A program made the translations under genes and the position numbers. From the NCBI RefSeq assembly GCF_029946515.1, contig NZ_JARZHH010000040.1, forward strand, positions 27,904 to 91,903: a stretch of DNA of 64,000 nt. The letters are read 5' to 3'. This DNA comes from Polyangium sp. 6x1 (lineage in GTDB: Bacteria; Myxococcota_A; Polyangia; Polyangiales; Polyangiaceae). Positions 1 through 8,976 of this stretch are shown here, one piece after another. The notes beneath the pieces were generated by a model that had not been told where the DNA came from, ran no database searches, and saw only the letters and a program-made list of their open reading frames with translations. How positions within the stretch are numbered: the first letter of the stretch is position 1; the number at the start of each line of letters is the position of its first letter.

Positions 1-532
1 CGTCTTTGCCAACGACGGCGTGCACGTGGCGCTCTCGACGGGGACCTCATTCTCGACGCCATCGCTTTGGGTCGCAAATTATGGTTACAACCACGGTTAC
101 CGCGTGGACATGCATCCGCGGATGATGGCCGATGTCAACGCCGACGGGAAGCAGGACATCGTCGCCTTCGGTGACAACGGCGTGGTCGTGTCTACCTCGA
201 CGGGAAGCTCCTTCACGACGCCCCAGGTCTGGGTCAGCAACTACGGGTACAATCAAGTCGGATGGCGCGTGAACCAGCACCCGCGCATGATGGCGGATGT
301 CGACGCTGACGGGAAAGCGGACGTGGTCGGCTTTGCGGGCAACGGCGTTTATATCTCGCGCTCGACCGGGAGCTCGTTCACGGCGCCGAACCGCCTGGTG
401 GAAGCCTTCGGTTATGATTTCGGATGGCGCGTGGACCAGCACCCGCGCATGATGGCGGACATCAATAATGATGGAACGCAGGACGTGGTCGGCTTTGCAA
501 ATGACGGCGTCTTCGTCAGGCAGAACTACTGA
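1..532 (+). CDS. FG-GAP/VCBS-like repeat protein, C-terminal fragment (5' end outside window)
   Basis: The frame is open from the window edge. There are three or more ~55-aa tandem repeats with the motif HPRMMADV(D/N)ADGKxD(I/V)V(A/G)F...G...STGSSFT, i.e. the Asp-rich Ca-binding-like loop typical of FG-GAP/VCBS beta-propeller blades. The stop is at 530-532. Confidence 0.55.
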   Translation, partial: VFANDGVHVALSTGTSFSTPSLWVANYGYNHGYRVDMHPRMMADVNADGKQDIVAFGDNGVVVSTSTGSSFTTPQVWVSNYGYNQVGWRVNQHPRMMADVDADGKADVVGFAGNGVYISRSTGSSFTAPNRLVEAFGYDFGWRVDQHPRMMADINNDGTQDVVGFANDGVFVRQNY

Positions 533-744
533 GGTCCGCTCCCATCGCTAGGAACTCCGCGTCCGCGGATGACGCGCGCGCGTACCTACGTTACGCGCGC
601 GCCGCTCCCCGCTCGGGCCCCGCGTCCGTGCGATGCTCGTGTGCACGCAGCTTTCACGTGCCTTTCGGGCCTGAATCACCTACGGACGACCTCTGGCATG
701 ACGGGTGCATTGTCCGTGCTCGTCAGCTTCGACAGGAGCCTCTC

Positions 745-1670
745 ATGAATTCTGGAACCACGCTGCTTCGTTGTGCTTCGCCGTTCGTGTTCATCGCCAT
801 GAGCCTCTATGGCCTGGGTTGCATGGTCGACCCCGCGGAGCCGGGCTGGGATCCCGAGGAGGAGAAGCTCGGGGAGGGCGAGCTCGGTATGGGTGGGGAT
901 CCGGGGACCACCAATCACTTGAGGTATCGTGTCACCCACAACCACGGTGTGCAGCGGACCGTCCGTGTGATAGGTAATGCCGCGCTGGCCCCTTCCAACA
1001 TCCTGCCCAGCATGCCCGACATGCCATCGCCTACCGCGGCGGGTGAGTGGGCAGGCGCCAGGGTCGAGTTTCTGGAGACGCTCATCGGTTGCGCCTTGCC
1101 CGAGGGAACCACCGTGGTGGACACGGCACATATTGTCGGATACGTGACGAGTGGGGGGTCCCCTTTCCCGTGTTCCAGCAGTACCACGGTGAGATCGGTC
1201 TTGCGCCGGACTGGAGGACGCGCGCGCTCACGACGGATGAAAAGAGGTGGGTCACGGCCTGCGTCGTGGCGCGCACCAACCGCTACGGCGCGACGATCAA
1301 CATCCTGCTCGGAGGGGCTCACCCGGAGATCACCTATCGAGCCAGCGAGGCCTACCCCTACACGGTGCCGGAGTCGACGGTGTGGGGCAATATGTTCGAT
1401 TCTACGGTGCCGCTGGGTAGCACCACCGATAGCGGTTACGCGTTCAATGCGTACATCTGTAGCAACGTGACGTTCTGCAGCTCTGCCGAGGGGGCGACCT
1501 TCCGGGAATGCGACGAGCTGTATACGCCCTGCGGCTTCAGCTACATGGGACTCTGCGACACCTTCGATGACTTGTGCAGTGATCCGTTGTATGCGGTGTT
1601 CGAGGGCTGCATGGACCGCTCCTATGAGATTCGCACCTACTTGAAGGCGAGCGAAGCGACTTGCCCCTGA
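745..1670 (+). pseudogene. Frameshifted fourth copy of the secreted Cys-rich lipoprotein family (paralogs at 18831-21696)
   Basis: ATG at 745 follows a GGAGCC Shine-Dalgarno-like sequence. The lipobox signal peptide reads MNSGTTLLRCASPFVFIAMSLYGLGC. Homology to the paralogs (EFLETLIGCALPEG... vs AFLRYAIGCALQTS...) runs in frame 1 to about 1150, then continues in frame 3 (GEIGLAPDW...VTACVVARTNRYG...ECDELYTPC, matching GELGVAPAW...VSACVAARVNYY...EECG..VGPC) to the stop at 1670. The frame switch coincides with the G6 run at 1153-1158. Confidence 0.55.
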
Positions 1671-1713
1671 GCGCCCGCCTCCGTCCGACGTCCCTCTGCT
1701 GCCGGACACGCGC

Positions 1714-4700
1714 TCACTCCATTCCCTTCGCCTCCTGAAGGTTCGCCCGATGCGCCTCCGCGAGCCGCGGGTTTTCCCGGATCGCGGACGCGAACGCCTC
1801 GCCCGCCGCGCGCGCGGCTTTCTTTCGATCCTCTCCGCGTGAGGCCCTCGCCCGTACCAGGAGGAGCTCCCCCTTCGCCACGAACGCTTGCGCGCTGTGC
1901 GGGTGAATGGCGAGCGCCTTCTCTGCGAATTCGAGCCCCACGTCGACATCAGCGTTCGCGCTTTTCTCGTGCCCATCCAACCACGTCGCCTTTTTCGCGT
2001 GAATCTCGGCGAGCATCTGATAGGGCCGAGGGTCGTTGCGCTCCTTCGCGACGAGAGGTCGCAGGACGGCCGCCGCGGCATCGAATCCTTGCTCGCGCGC
2101 CTCGCCGCTCACCGCGCGCGCGCGGGCGGCGAAGAGGTGGAGCCTGGCAAGGATATGGTGCGAATCGATGTCCCACGTGTCCTCCTCGGCGACCTTCTCC
2201 ACGCGGTCCCGCAGCGAAAGGAGCTCGGGGACGGGTAGGAGGCGGTTGGAGAGCGTGTGCTCGGCTTCGAGCAGCCGGAGCTCGGCGACCTCCATCAACA
2301 AATAGCCCGTCTCCGTGCCTGGCGTCGCGAATGCATGGATCTTCTTCAGGCCTGCGGCGATCGAGGCGCGAGGATCCTTGCCGACCGAGAGGTCGTACGC
2401 AGCCCGAACCCGCAACGACTTGGCCGCGTAGTAGGCGGGTAGAAAGCCTCCGAGGCTCCGCTGTTCGACCAGGGCTACGGCGTTCGAGAGTGCATCCACG
2501 CTGCTCTGCGCTTCGAGGCCGTGCTCGGTCTCGTACACGAGCCTGTAGATGGCAGCGCGGATCCTGCCGAACATGGGCAAGGTGAAGCTCGGGTCCACTT
2601 CGATGGCTTGATCGAACCGCTGCGATGCGCTCCCGAGGAGCTTCCGAGGATCCTCGCCATGGAGACGGTCGAACTCCGCTTTTATCAGATACGTTTGTCC
2701 GAGTTCGTTCAGCGCCCAGGTAAACCGAGGCTCGACGTCGAGGACGCGGTGAAACGCCGCTATCGCGTCCTCGGCGGTCACGCGCTCGCCGCGCGCGGCC
2801 TGCCGCGCTGCCCGGACGTTCAATGTGGCAGCCAGCGCGTAAAGCGCCATCGCGTCCCGAGGGCGGACGCGTACGGCCTCTTCCACGGCCTGGAGGACGG
2901 CTTGCTGAGCCGCGTCCGCGTCATTCCCCTGGGCATTCACCGTAAAAAATTGATAATAAAGCGCGAGCGCACGTTCGACCCGCGCGGCGCCATCCAGGCT
3001 GCTCGATTGTACCGCCCGGGCGCAGGTGGCCTCCGCGTTACCGAACTCGATCTGCGCAGGTTTTCCCAGCGCTCCTGCCGCGAGCCCCATCTTCTCCCAA
3101 AGCTCACACGCCGCCCGATGCACCTCCGGATCACTCTCGGCCATCTCCGCCGCGACCTTGTACGCCTCGGCCGCCGGGCCAAACGACAGCATCATCTTGT
3201 CCCAGTCGAATGCCGCGTCGTGCCGGTACTTGCTCCCTTCCGCGAACAGGGCATCCGCTTCGAGCTTCTTCGCCTCGTACATCCATGGCGCCTGCTCGAA
3301 GGCCTCCCGCGCCTTCGCTTGCGCCTCCTCGTTTTTCCCCTCGTACAGCGCGATGAGCCCTTCCACGTACGCCGGCGCCTCGATCTCCGCCCCTGACGCC
3401 GCCCTCAAATGCCCGAGCGCCGGATCTCGCAGCGCCGCCGCGAGCTCCACTTCCCGCTTCTTGCGCTCCTCCGCGTTCGTGATCCGCTTCGTCCCCTCGA
3501 GCGCCCGCCGATAAAGCTCCCCGAGCGTCCGCCCCAGCGCGTATTCGAGCTCCGGCGATCGATACCCCGCGCCGACCGCCTCCTCCAGATGCACCCGCGC
3601 CTTTTCCGGATCCCCGAGCGCCAGATATCCTCGCCCGAGCGCGTAATGCCCCGGGCCCTCGCCGGCCCGCCCTGCCTCCTTCATGCGCTCCTCGATCGCC
3701 GAGAGCTTCCGCCGCACCACGTCCCGCTCACGCTCCACGTCGTGCAGCGGCAGCTCGTAGGCCGCGCGCAAGAATAGCTCCATCTCCTTCACCCGCTCGC
3801 CGAGCTCCTGCGCGATCCTCGCCTCGGCTGCCGCCTGCTGCCGCGCCTTCCACCACACGCCGGCGAGCGCGAGCGCCGCGACGAGGAGCACGCCGGAGAC
3901 CGCCGTCGCGAGCTTGTGTTTCCGCGCTTTCTTCCACAGCACGTACCCCACCGACGTCCGCCGCGCCAGGATCGGCTCTCCGTCCAAAAATCGCTGCAAA
4001 TCCTCGGCGAGCGCCCGTGCCGAGTCGTATCGCCGCCCCGGGTCTCGCTCCAGGCATTTCATCACGATCGTCTCGAGATCCGCCGGCACCCCTTTCTTCA
4101 CCTGCCCCAGCGCTGGGGCTTCCTCGAAGGCGACCATCATCAGGAGCTTCCACGTGTGTGGCGCGACGAACGGCGGCCGCTCCGCGACGACGTCGTAGAG
4201 CGTCGCGCCGAGCGAATACACGTCCGAGCGTCGATCCAGCGCTCGAACGTCGCCTTGCGCTTGCTCCGGCGACATGAACGCCGGGGTCCCCAGCACCGCC
4301 CCCGTCACCGTCTCTCCTTTGTCCGCGACCTCCCGCGCCAGACCGAAATCCATCACGTAGGGCTTGATGTCCCCGTCTGCGCTCCTTTCGACCATGATGT
4401 TGCCGGGCTTGATGTCCCGGTGAATGAGCCCGAGCCGGTGCGCTTCGTGGACCGCGGCCGAGACCTCCCGCATCACCTTCACGCGTTGTTCGAGCGATAG
4501 CCGTTCGGCCATTTTCGAGAGCGGCTCGCCCTCGATGTATTGCATTGCGATGAAAGGCTCGCCGTCGGCCTCTCCGGCCTCGTAGATCCGGCAAACGTTC
4601 TCGTGCTGGACCTTCGCCTGCGACCGCGCCTCCTGCAGGAAGCGCCGCCCGAGCTCCGGATCGCTGTCCCTGAGCAGCTTGAGCGCCACCGCGCGTCCGA

Positions 4701-4917
4701 GCCGCGGATCCCGGCCGCGATAGACGGTCCCCATCCCGCCTTCGCCGAGGAAATGAATGTCCTCGTATCGCTCCGCGAGGGACGGTGGCACGCCGCGACG
4801 CTCCGAACGGAGCCCCGAAGCAGGGTCGAGTTCCGTCTGCGCGAGCGCGGGATCGACCAGCACCGTGCTGCTCTCCACGTCGACGTCCACCTCGGGCGAC
4901 GCACGAACGACCCTCAT
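1714..4917 (-). CDS. Ser/Thr protein kinase with one transmembrane helix and a C-terminal TPR-repeat region (1067 aa)
   Basis: Hanks kinase motifs are present: glycine loop GEGGMGTVYRG, VALKLL, HRDIKPGNIMV, DFGLAR and SPEQ. A single hydrophobic segment (LATAVSGVLLVAALALAGVWW) is followed by about 600 aa of TPR-like repeats. Confidence 0.85.
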   Translation of the reverse strand: MRVVRASPEVDVDVESSTVLVDPALAQTELDPASGLRSERRGVPPSLAERYEDIHFLGEGGMGTVYRGRDPRLGRAVALKLLRDSDPELGRRFLQEARSQAKVQHENVCRIYEAGEADGEPFIAMQYIEGEPLSKMAERLSLEQRVKVMREVSAAVHEAHRLGLIHRDIKPGNIMVERSADGDIKPYVMDFGLAREVADKGETVTGAVLGTPAFMSPEQAQGDVRALDRRSDVYSLGATLYDVVAERPPFVAPHTWKLLMMVAFEEAPALGQVKKGVPADLETIVMKCLERDPGRRYDSARALAEDLQRFLDGEPILARRTSVGYVLWKKARKHKLATAVSGVLLVAALALAGVWWKARQQAAAEARIAQELGERVKEMELFLRAAYELPLHDVERERDVVRRKLSAIEERMKEAGRAGEGPGHYALGRGYLALGDPEKARVHLEEAVGAGYRSPELEYALGRTLGELYRRALEGTKRITNAEERKKREVELAAALRDPALGHLRAASGAEIEAPAYVEGLIALYEGKNEEAQAKAREAFEQAPWMYEAKKLEADALFAEGSKYRHDAAFDWDKMMLSFGPAAEAYKVAAEMAESDPEVHRAACELWEKMGLAAGALGKPAQIEFGNAEATCARAVQSSSLDGAARVERALALYYQFFTVNAQGNDADAAQQAVLQAVEEAVRVRPRDAMALYALAATLNVRAARQAARGERVTAEDAIAAFHRVLDVEPRFTWALNELGQTYLIKAEFDRLHGEDPRKLLGSASQRFDQAIEVDPSFTLPMFGRIRAAIYRLVYETEHGLEAQSSVDALSNAVALVEQRSLGGFLPAYYAAKSLRVRAAYDLSVGKDPRASIAAGLKKIHAFATPGTETGYLLMEVAELRLLEAEHTLSNRLLPVPELLSLRDRVEKVAEEDTWDIDSHHILARLHLFAARARAVSGEAREQGFDAAAAVLRPLVAKERNDPRPYQMLAEIHAKKATWLDGHEKSANADVDVGLEFAEKALAIHPHSAQAFVAKGELLLVRARASRGEDRKKAARAAGEAFASAIRENPRLAEAHRANLQEAKGME

Positions 4918-5100
4918 TCAACCATTCCTTGCAGGCAGGGCATTCCGGGCAAGCAACATACCAGTCGGGCGGGCGTCGCGGAAGCCGTCATCCGAACGTC
5001 CGTGACGTCCGCGCCTCGCCTGTTGCTCGACGAAATGTCATGCTCCCGCGACGCACCTCGCCCTTCTGGCATCGAACCCGGGATCGAGGAGGCACTTCCC

Positions 5101-6741
5101 ATGGACCGCTGGGACACGATCATCATCGGATCGGGCTCGGGGGGACTCACGGCTGCGGTCGCGCTCGCGCGCGCGGGGCAGCGTGTCCTCGTCCTCGAAC
5201 AGCATTACTTGCCGGGCGGCTGGACGCACAGCTTCGCGCTCGAAGGATATCGGTTCAGCCCGGGCGTTCATTACATCGGCGAGCTCGGCCCCGGCCAGTC
5301 CGTCCGCGCGCTTTACGAGGGCCTCGGCCTCTCCTCGGACCTTGCCTTTCACGAGCTCAACCCGGACGGCTTCGATCATTTCCTCCTCGGCGGCGAACGT
5401 TTCGACGTCCCGCGCGGATTCGACCGCTACTTCGAGCGCCTCGTCTCCCGTTTTCCCCACGAGCGCAAGGGGCTCGAACGATACTTCGACGTCATCGGCC
5501 GCATCGTCGCCGACACCCTCCGCTGCGAGGATCTCCTCGTCTCTCCGCGGAGCGCCCTCGCGCTCCCGTTTCGCGCGAAAACCCTCGTCGCGTGGGGCCT
5601 CCGCACCCAGCGTGCCCTCCTCGACGACACCGTTCGCGACCCGCTCCTCCGCGGCATCCTCGCCGCGCAATCGGGCAACCATGGCTTGCCTCCGTCGCGC
5701 GTCTCGCTCCCCCTCCATGCCCGCATGATCGCCCATTACTACGATGGCGGGTATTATCCGCGGGGCGGCGCCAAGCGCATTCCGTCGGCCATGATCAAGG
5801 CCCTCCGCAAGCGCGGCGGTGAGATCCGCCTCCGCACCCGCGTCCGTCGCATCCTCGTCGAATCCGGCCGCGCGGTCGGCGTCGAGCTCGCCTCGGGCGA
5901 GCGTATCTTCTCCCGCGCCGTCGTCTCCAATGCCGACCCTGCGATCACCTTCGGCAAGCTCCTCGAACCGCCGCACGGCGAGCGCGAGCGGAAGAAGATC
6001 CGCCGCATGGAATACTCCGTCGGCCTGCTCAGCGTCTTCTGCGCCACCGACCTCGACCTGCCCGCGATGGGCCTCGATTCCGGCAATTACTGGTGGTATC
6101 GTACCCTCGACGTGAACGGCGTCTACGAGCGCGCCCAGCACGCGCTCCCCCACGGAATCGTCGAGGGCCTCTTCCTCACGGTCACCACCCTCAAAGACCC
6201 CGGCCACGCGCCGAAGGGCCACCATACCCTGGAGCTCTTCACGTTCGTCCCGTACGAACCCTTCGAAAGCTGGGCCGGCACCGCCGCGGAGCGCCCCGCG
6301 GGATATCACGACCTCAAGGAGCGGCTCGGCGACGCCATGATCGCCGCGGCCGAGCGCGTGATTCCGGGTCTCGGCAAGAACCTCACCTTCCGCTCCGTGG
6401 GCACGCCCCTCACGAACGACTTTTATTGCGAGACCCACCGCGGATCGAGCTACGGCACGGCGAAGATCCCCTTCCAGCTCGGCCCCTTTTCGTTCGCCAT
6501 TCGATCGAGCGTCCCCGGGCTTTACAACGTCGGCGCGAGCACGCTCAGCCATGGCGTCGCGGGCGCGGCCACCTCCGGCCTCTTCGCGGCGCGCGACATC
6601 CTCGGCCTCCGGCGCATCGAGGACCTCCTCGCCCCGGCCGACGGCTCGCTCCAGGTCGTCCCGGCGAGCGACATCGCGCCCATCTCCGGCGCGCGCGGAC
6701 CCGCGCTCGACGACGACACCAACGACGCCCTCGCTTCCTGA
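5101..6741 (+). CDS. NAD(P)/FAD-dependent oxidoreductase, phytoene-desaturase (CrtI) family
   Basis: The N-terminal dinucleotide-binding motif is DTIIIGSGSGGLTAAVALARAGQRVLVLE. The length (546 aa) and amine-oxidase-like profile fit the family. Start is placed at ATG 5101 (MDRWDT); the upstream part of the raw ORF (4540-5100) overlaps the divergent kinase gene and is low-complexity. Confidence 0.8.
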   Translation: MDRWDTIIIGSGSGGLTAAVALARAGQRVLVLEQHYLPGGWTHSFALEGYRFSPGVHYIGELGPGQSVRALYEGLGLSSDLAFHELNPDGFDHFLLGGERFDVPRGFDRYFERLVSRFPHERKGLERYFDVIGRIVADTLRCEDLLVSPRSALALPFRAKTLVAWGLRTQRALLDDTVRDPLLRGILAAQSGNHGLPPSRVSLPLHARMIAHYYDGGYYPRGGAKRIPSAMIKALRKRGGEIRLRTRVRRILVESGRAVGVELASGERIFSRAVVSNADPAITFGKLLEPPHGERERKKIRRMEYSVGLLSVFCATDLDLPAMGLDSGNYWWYRTLDVNGVYERAQHALPHGIVEGLFLTVTTLKDPGHAPKGHHTLELFTFVPYEPFESWAGTAAERPAGYHDLKERLGDAMIAAAERVIPGLGKNLTFRSVGTPLTNDFYCETHRGSSYGTAKIPFQLGPFSFAIRSSVPGLYNVGASTLSHGVAGAATSGLFAARDILGLRRIEDLLAPADGSLQVVPASDIAPISGARGPALDDDTNDALAS

Positions 6742-6770
6742 GCGACCTTCCGCTATCGGGAAGGGCGTCG

Positions 6771-7373
6771 ATGCCCGATTCTCGCCCTGCCTGGTCGCTC
6801 TTCCTCGACGTCGTCCGCGCGCCCCGCGCCGCGATGGCCGGCGTCGCCGCGCGCGCCGATGCGCGGGAAGGCCGGTCCGTGATGCTCGTGCTCGGCGCCT
6901 TGCACGGCGCGTTTTCCCTCCTCCTTTTCCTCGAAGGCCATGCGCCGCGGTTTGGCATCCCGGGCCTCGGGCGGGAGCGGCATTACCTGTTCCAGGCGAT
7001 CCTCGCCGTTCCGCTTTATCTCGTCCTCTGGCACATCGGCGGCGCCGTCGCGCACGCCATCGCGCGCCGCGCATCCCCGCCGGGCGGGGAGGGGAGCCGG
7101 CAGGCCGCTTCGCTCGCGGTCTTCGGCGTTTCGTATGCCGTGCCGATGACGCTCCTCTTCATCGTTCCCGACATTGCCGTCGATTTCGCCCTCGGCTTTT
7201 CGGCCATCGGAAAGGCCATGCGTTATTACGCGCCGCTCGCCGCGGCCGGTTGCCTCGCGCTCGGCACGATCGGTTTGTCACGCGCGCACCATCTCCCCAA
7301 GAGGACGGCCTTCCTCGCCGCGCTCGCCGGCTTCGTCACGCAGGCTGTCCTCGGCTCATTGTTCCTGCGATAG
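6771..7373 (+). CDS. Hypothetical polytopic membrane protein (Yip1-like?)
   Basis: About 200 aa with four to five hydrophobic helices. It lies 30 bp downstream of the oxidoreductase on the same strand. The start at MPDSRPAW was chosen over the longer raw ORF (6093-). Confidence 0.5.
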   Translation: MPDSRPAWSLFLDVVRAPRAAMAGVAARADAREGRSVMLVLGALHGAFSLLLFLEGHAPRFGIPGLGRERHYLFQAILAVPLYLVLWHIGGAVAHAIARRASPPGGEGSRQAASLAVFGVSYAVPMTLLFIVPDIAVDFALGFSAIGKAMRYYAPLAAAGCLALGTIGLSRAHHLPKRTAFLAALAGFVTQAVLGSLFLR

Positions 7374-7382
7374 GAGCGCATC

Positions 7383-8216
7383 GTGGACACCTCCGATACC
7401 CTCGTCATCCTCGGCTGTGGTTTTACGGGAACGTACGCGGCCAAGCTCGCCCTCGCGGCGGGCATTCGCGTCGTAGGCACCACCCGCTCGCCCGAGCGGG
7501 CCGCCTCCTTGTCGCAGCTCGGCGTCGACGTGCGCCTCGCGCCGCGCCTCGACGTGGACCTCGTCGCGCCGCTCCTCCGCGCGGACGCCCGCGTCCTCGT
7601 CACGTACCCGCCGGACGACGCGATCGACGCGGCCCTCTTGCCCCTGCTCTCCCGCGCGGCGTCCGCGGTCTACCTCTCCTCGACCGGCGTGTATGGCGGC
7701 GCCGCGGGCCGGATCGACGAGCAGACCCCGGTGGATCCCAGCGAACCTCGCGCCGCCGCGCGCCTCCGGGCCGAGGCGCTCGTGCGCGCGGCCGGCGGCG
7801 TCGTCCTCCGCGCGGCGGCCATTTATGGCCCGGGCCGTGGACTCCATGTCCGGCTTGCGCGGGGCGAACACAAGATCGCCGAGGGCGGGCAGGGCGTCAT
7901 CAGCCGCATCCACGTGGCGGACCTCGCGCGCCTCGCCCTCGCCGCCCTCGCGCGCGCCCCGCGAGGCGAGGTCTTCGTCGTCGCCGACGAAGCGCCCGTC
8001 CCCCAGGCCGAGGTCATCGACTGGCTCTGCGCCCGGCTCGGCGTGCCCCGACCCGCCGAGGTCCCCAAGGACCGCCTCCCCCCGACCCTCCGGAACGACC
8101 GCCGCATCGACGCCGGGAAGATTCGACGAAACCTGGGGGTTTCGCTCGATTACCCGACGTACCGGGAGGGATTCGCGGCCTGCCTCGCGGAGGACGGCTA
8201 CCCCTCGACCTCGTAA
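7383..8216 (+). CDS. NAD(P)-binding Rossmann-fold protein, NAD-dependent epimerase/dehydratase (SDR) family
   Basis: GTG start with an N-terminal LVILGCGFTGTYAAKLA glycine-rich loop, 277 aa. It is immediately downstream of the membrane protein (stop TAG 7371-7373, GGAGCG before the start). Confidence 0.7.
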   Translation: MDTSDTLVILGCGFTGTYAAKLALAAGIRVVGTTRSPERAASLSQLGVDVRLAPRLDVDLVAPLLRADARVLVTYPPDDAIDAALLPLLSRAASAVYLSSTGVYGGAAGRIDEQTPVDPSEPRAAARLRAEALVRAAGGVVLRAAAIYGPGRGLHVRLARGEHKIAEGGQGVISRIHVADLARLALAALARAPRGEVFVVADEAPVPQAEVIDWLCARLGVPRPAEVPKDRLPPTLRNDRRIDAGKIRRNLGVSLDYPTYREGFAACLAEDGYPSTS

Positions 8217-8217
8217 G

Positions 8218-8244
8218 AAAATAGTTTGCGTTGCCAACTATTTT
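8218..8244. promoter_or_regulatory. AT-rich perfect inverted repeat AAAATAGTT-N9-AACTATTTT between the epimerase stop and the carbonic anhydrase start
   Basis: Nine-bp perfect arms, AT-rich in a 70% GC genome. It is 2 nt after TAA 8214-8216 and 40 nt before ATG 8284. It could be an operator or an attenuator/terminator hairpin. Confidence 0.3.
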
Positions 8245-8283
8245 CGTTGGCCCACCAATGACGTCGAGCTACCTTGCGCGGTC

Positions 8284-8970
8284 ATGGAAAAGTTGATCCG
8301 TGGCCTCGTCGACTTCCGCAAGAACAAGCTCCCTGGCCTGGCTCCGCTCTTCAAGCAGCTCGCAGAGCGCGGCCAGAAGCCTGACGTGCTCTTCTTCGCC
8401 TGCGCGGACAGCCGTGTCGTCCCGAACCTCATGGTGTCCACGGACCCGGGGGACCTCTTCGTGGTCCGGAGCGTCGGCAACCTGGTCGCGCCGGCGAACG
8501 CCGAGGGCGTCTCCGTGGGCGACGTCTCCGAGGCCTCGGCCATCGAGTTCAGCCTGGCCAAGCTGAAGATCCGGCACATCGTCGTCTGCGGCCATTCCAA
8601 GTGCGGCGCCATCGAGGCCATCCTCAACGGTCGCGAGCACTACAGCTCCTTGCCGAACCTCAAGGCCTGGCTCGCGTACGGCGAGGCCTCCTTCGCGCGC
8701 CTCGTGCGTTCGCCGTTCATCAAGGCCGACCTGCCGGCCGTGGACCGCCTCTCGCAGGCCAACGTCCTCCAGCAGCTCGAGCACATCGCGACCTACTCGA
8801 ACGTCCGCAAGCTCGTGGACGAGGGCGCGATCAAGCTACACGGCTGGTGGTTCGACGTCGCGACCGGCGACGTGCACGTCTACGACAAGGAGCGCGGCGG
8901 CTACATCCTGCTCGACGAGGCCGAGGCCGAGCGCGTGCTCGACGGCCAATCGGCATTCCAGCATTCCTGA
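8284..8970 (+). CDS. can: Beta-class carbonic anhydrase
   Basis: The zinc-ligand motifs are CADSRV and HSKCGA. Start is at MEKLIRG; the upstream part of the raw ORF is low-complexity. Confidence 0.85.
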   Translation: MEKLIRGLVDFRKNKLPGLAPLFKQLAERGQKPDVLFFACADSRVVPNLMVSTDPGDLFVVRSVGNLVAPANAEGVSVGDVSEASAIEFSLAKLKIRHIVVCGHSKCGAIEAILNGREHYSSLPNLKAWLAYGEASFARLVRSPFIKADLPAVDRLSQANVLQQLEHIATYSNVRKLVDEGAIKLHGWWFDVATGDVHVYDKERGGYILLDEAEAERVLDGQSAFQHS

Positions 8971-8976
8971 CGAGGC

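Noticed and set aside
4540-5100. N-terminal 187-aa extension of the oxidoreductase ORF
   Set aside because: It overlaps the divergent kinase gene start. The product is R/P-rich. The canonical FAD-binding GxGxxG begins right after ATG 5101.
5038-8224. Long overlapping ORFs 5038-7074 (-) and 6551-8224 (+)
   Set aside because: The products are Arg/Gly/Pro low-complexity. They overlap three sense genes with recognisable folds (CrtI-like oxidoreductase, membrane protein, SDR epimerase).
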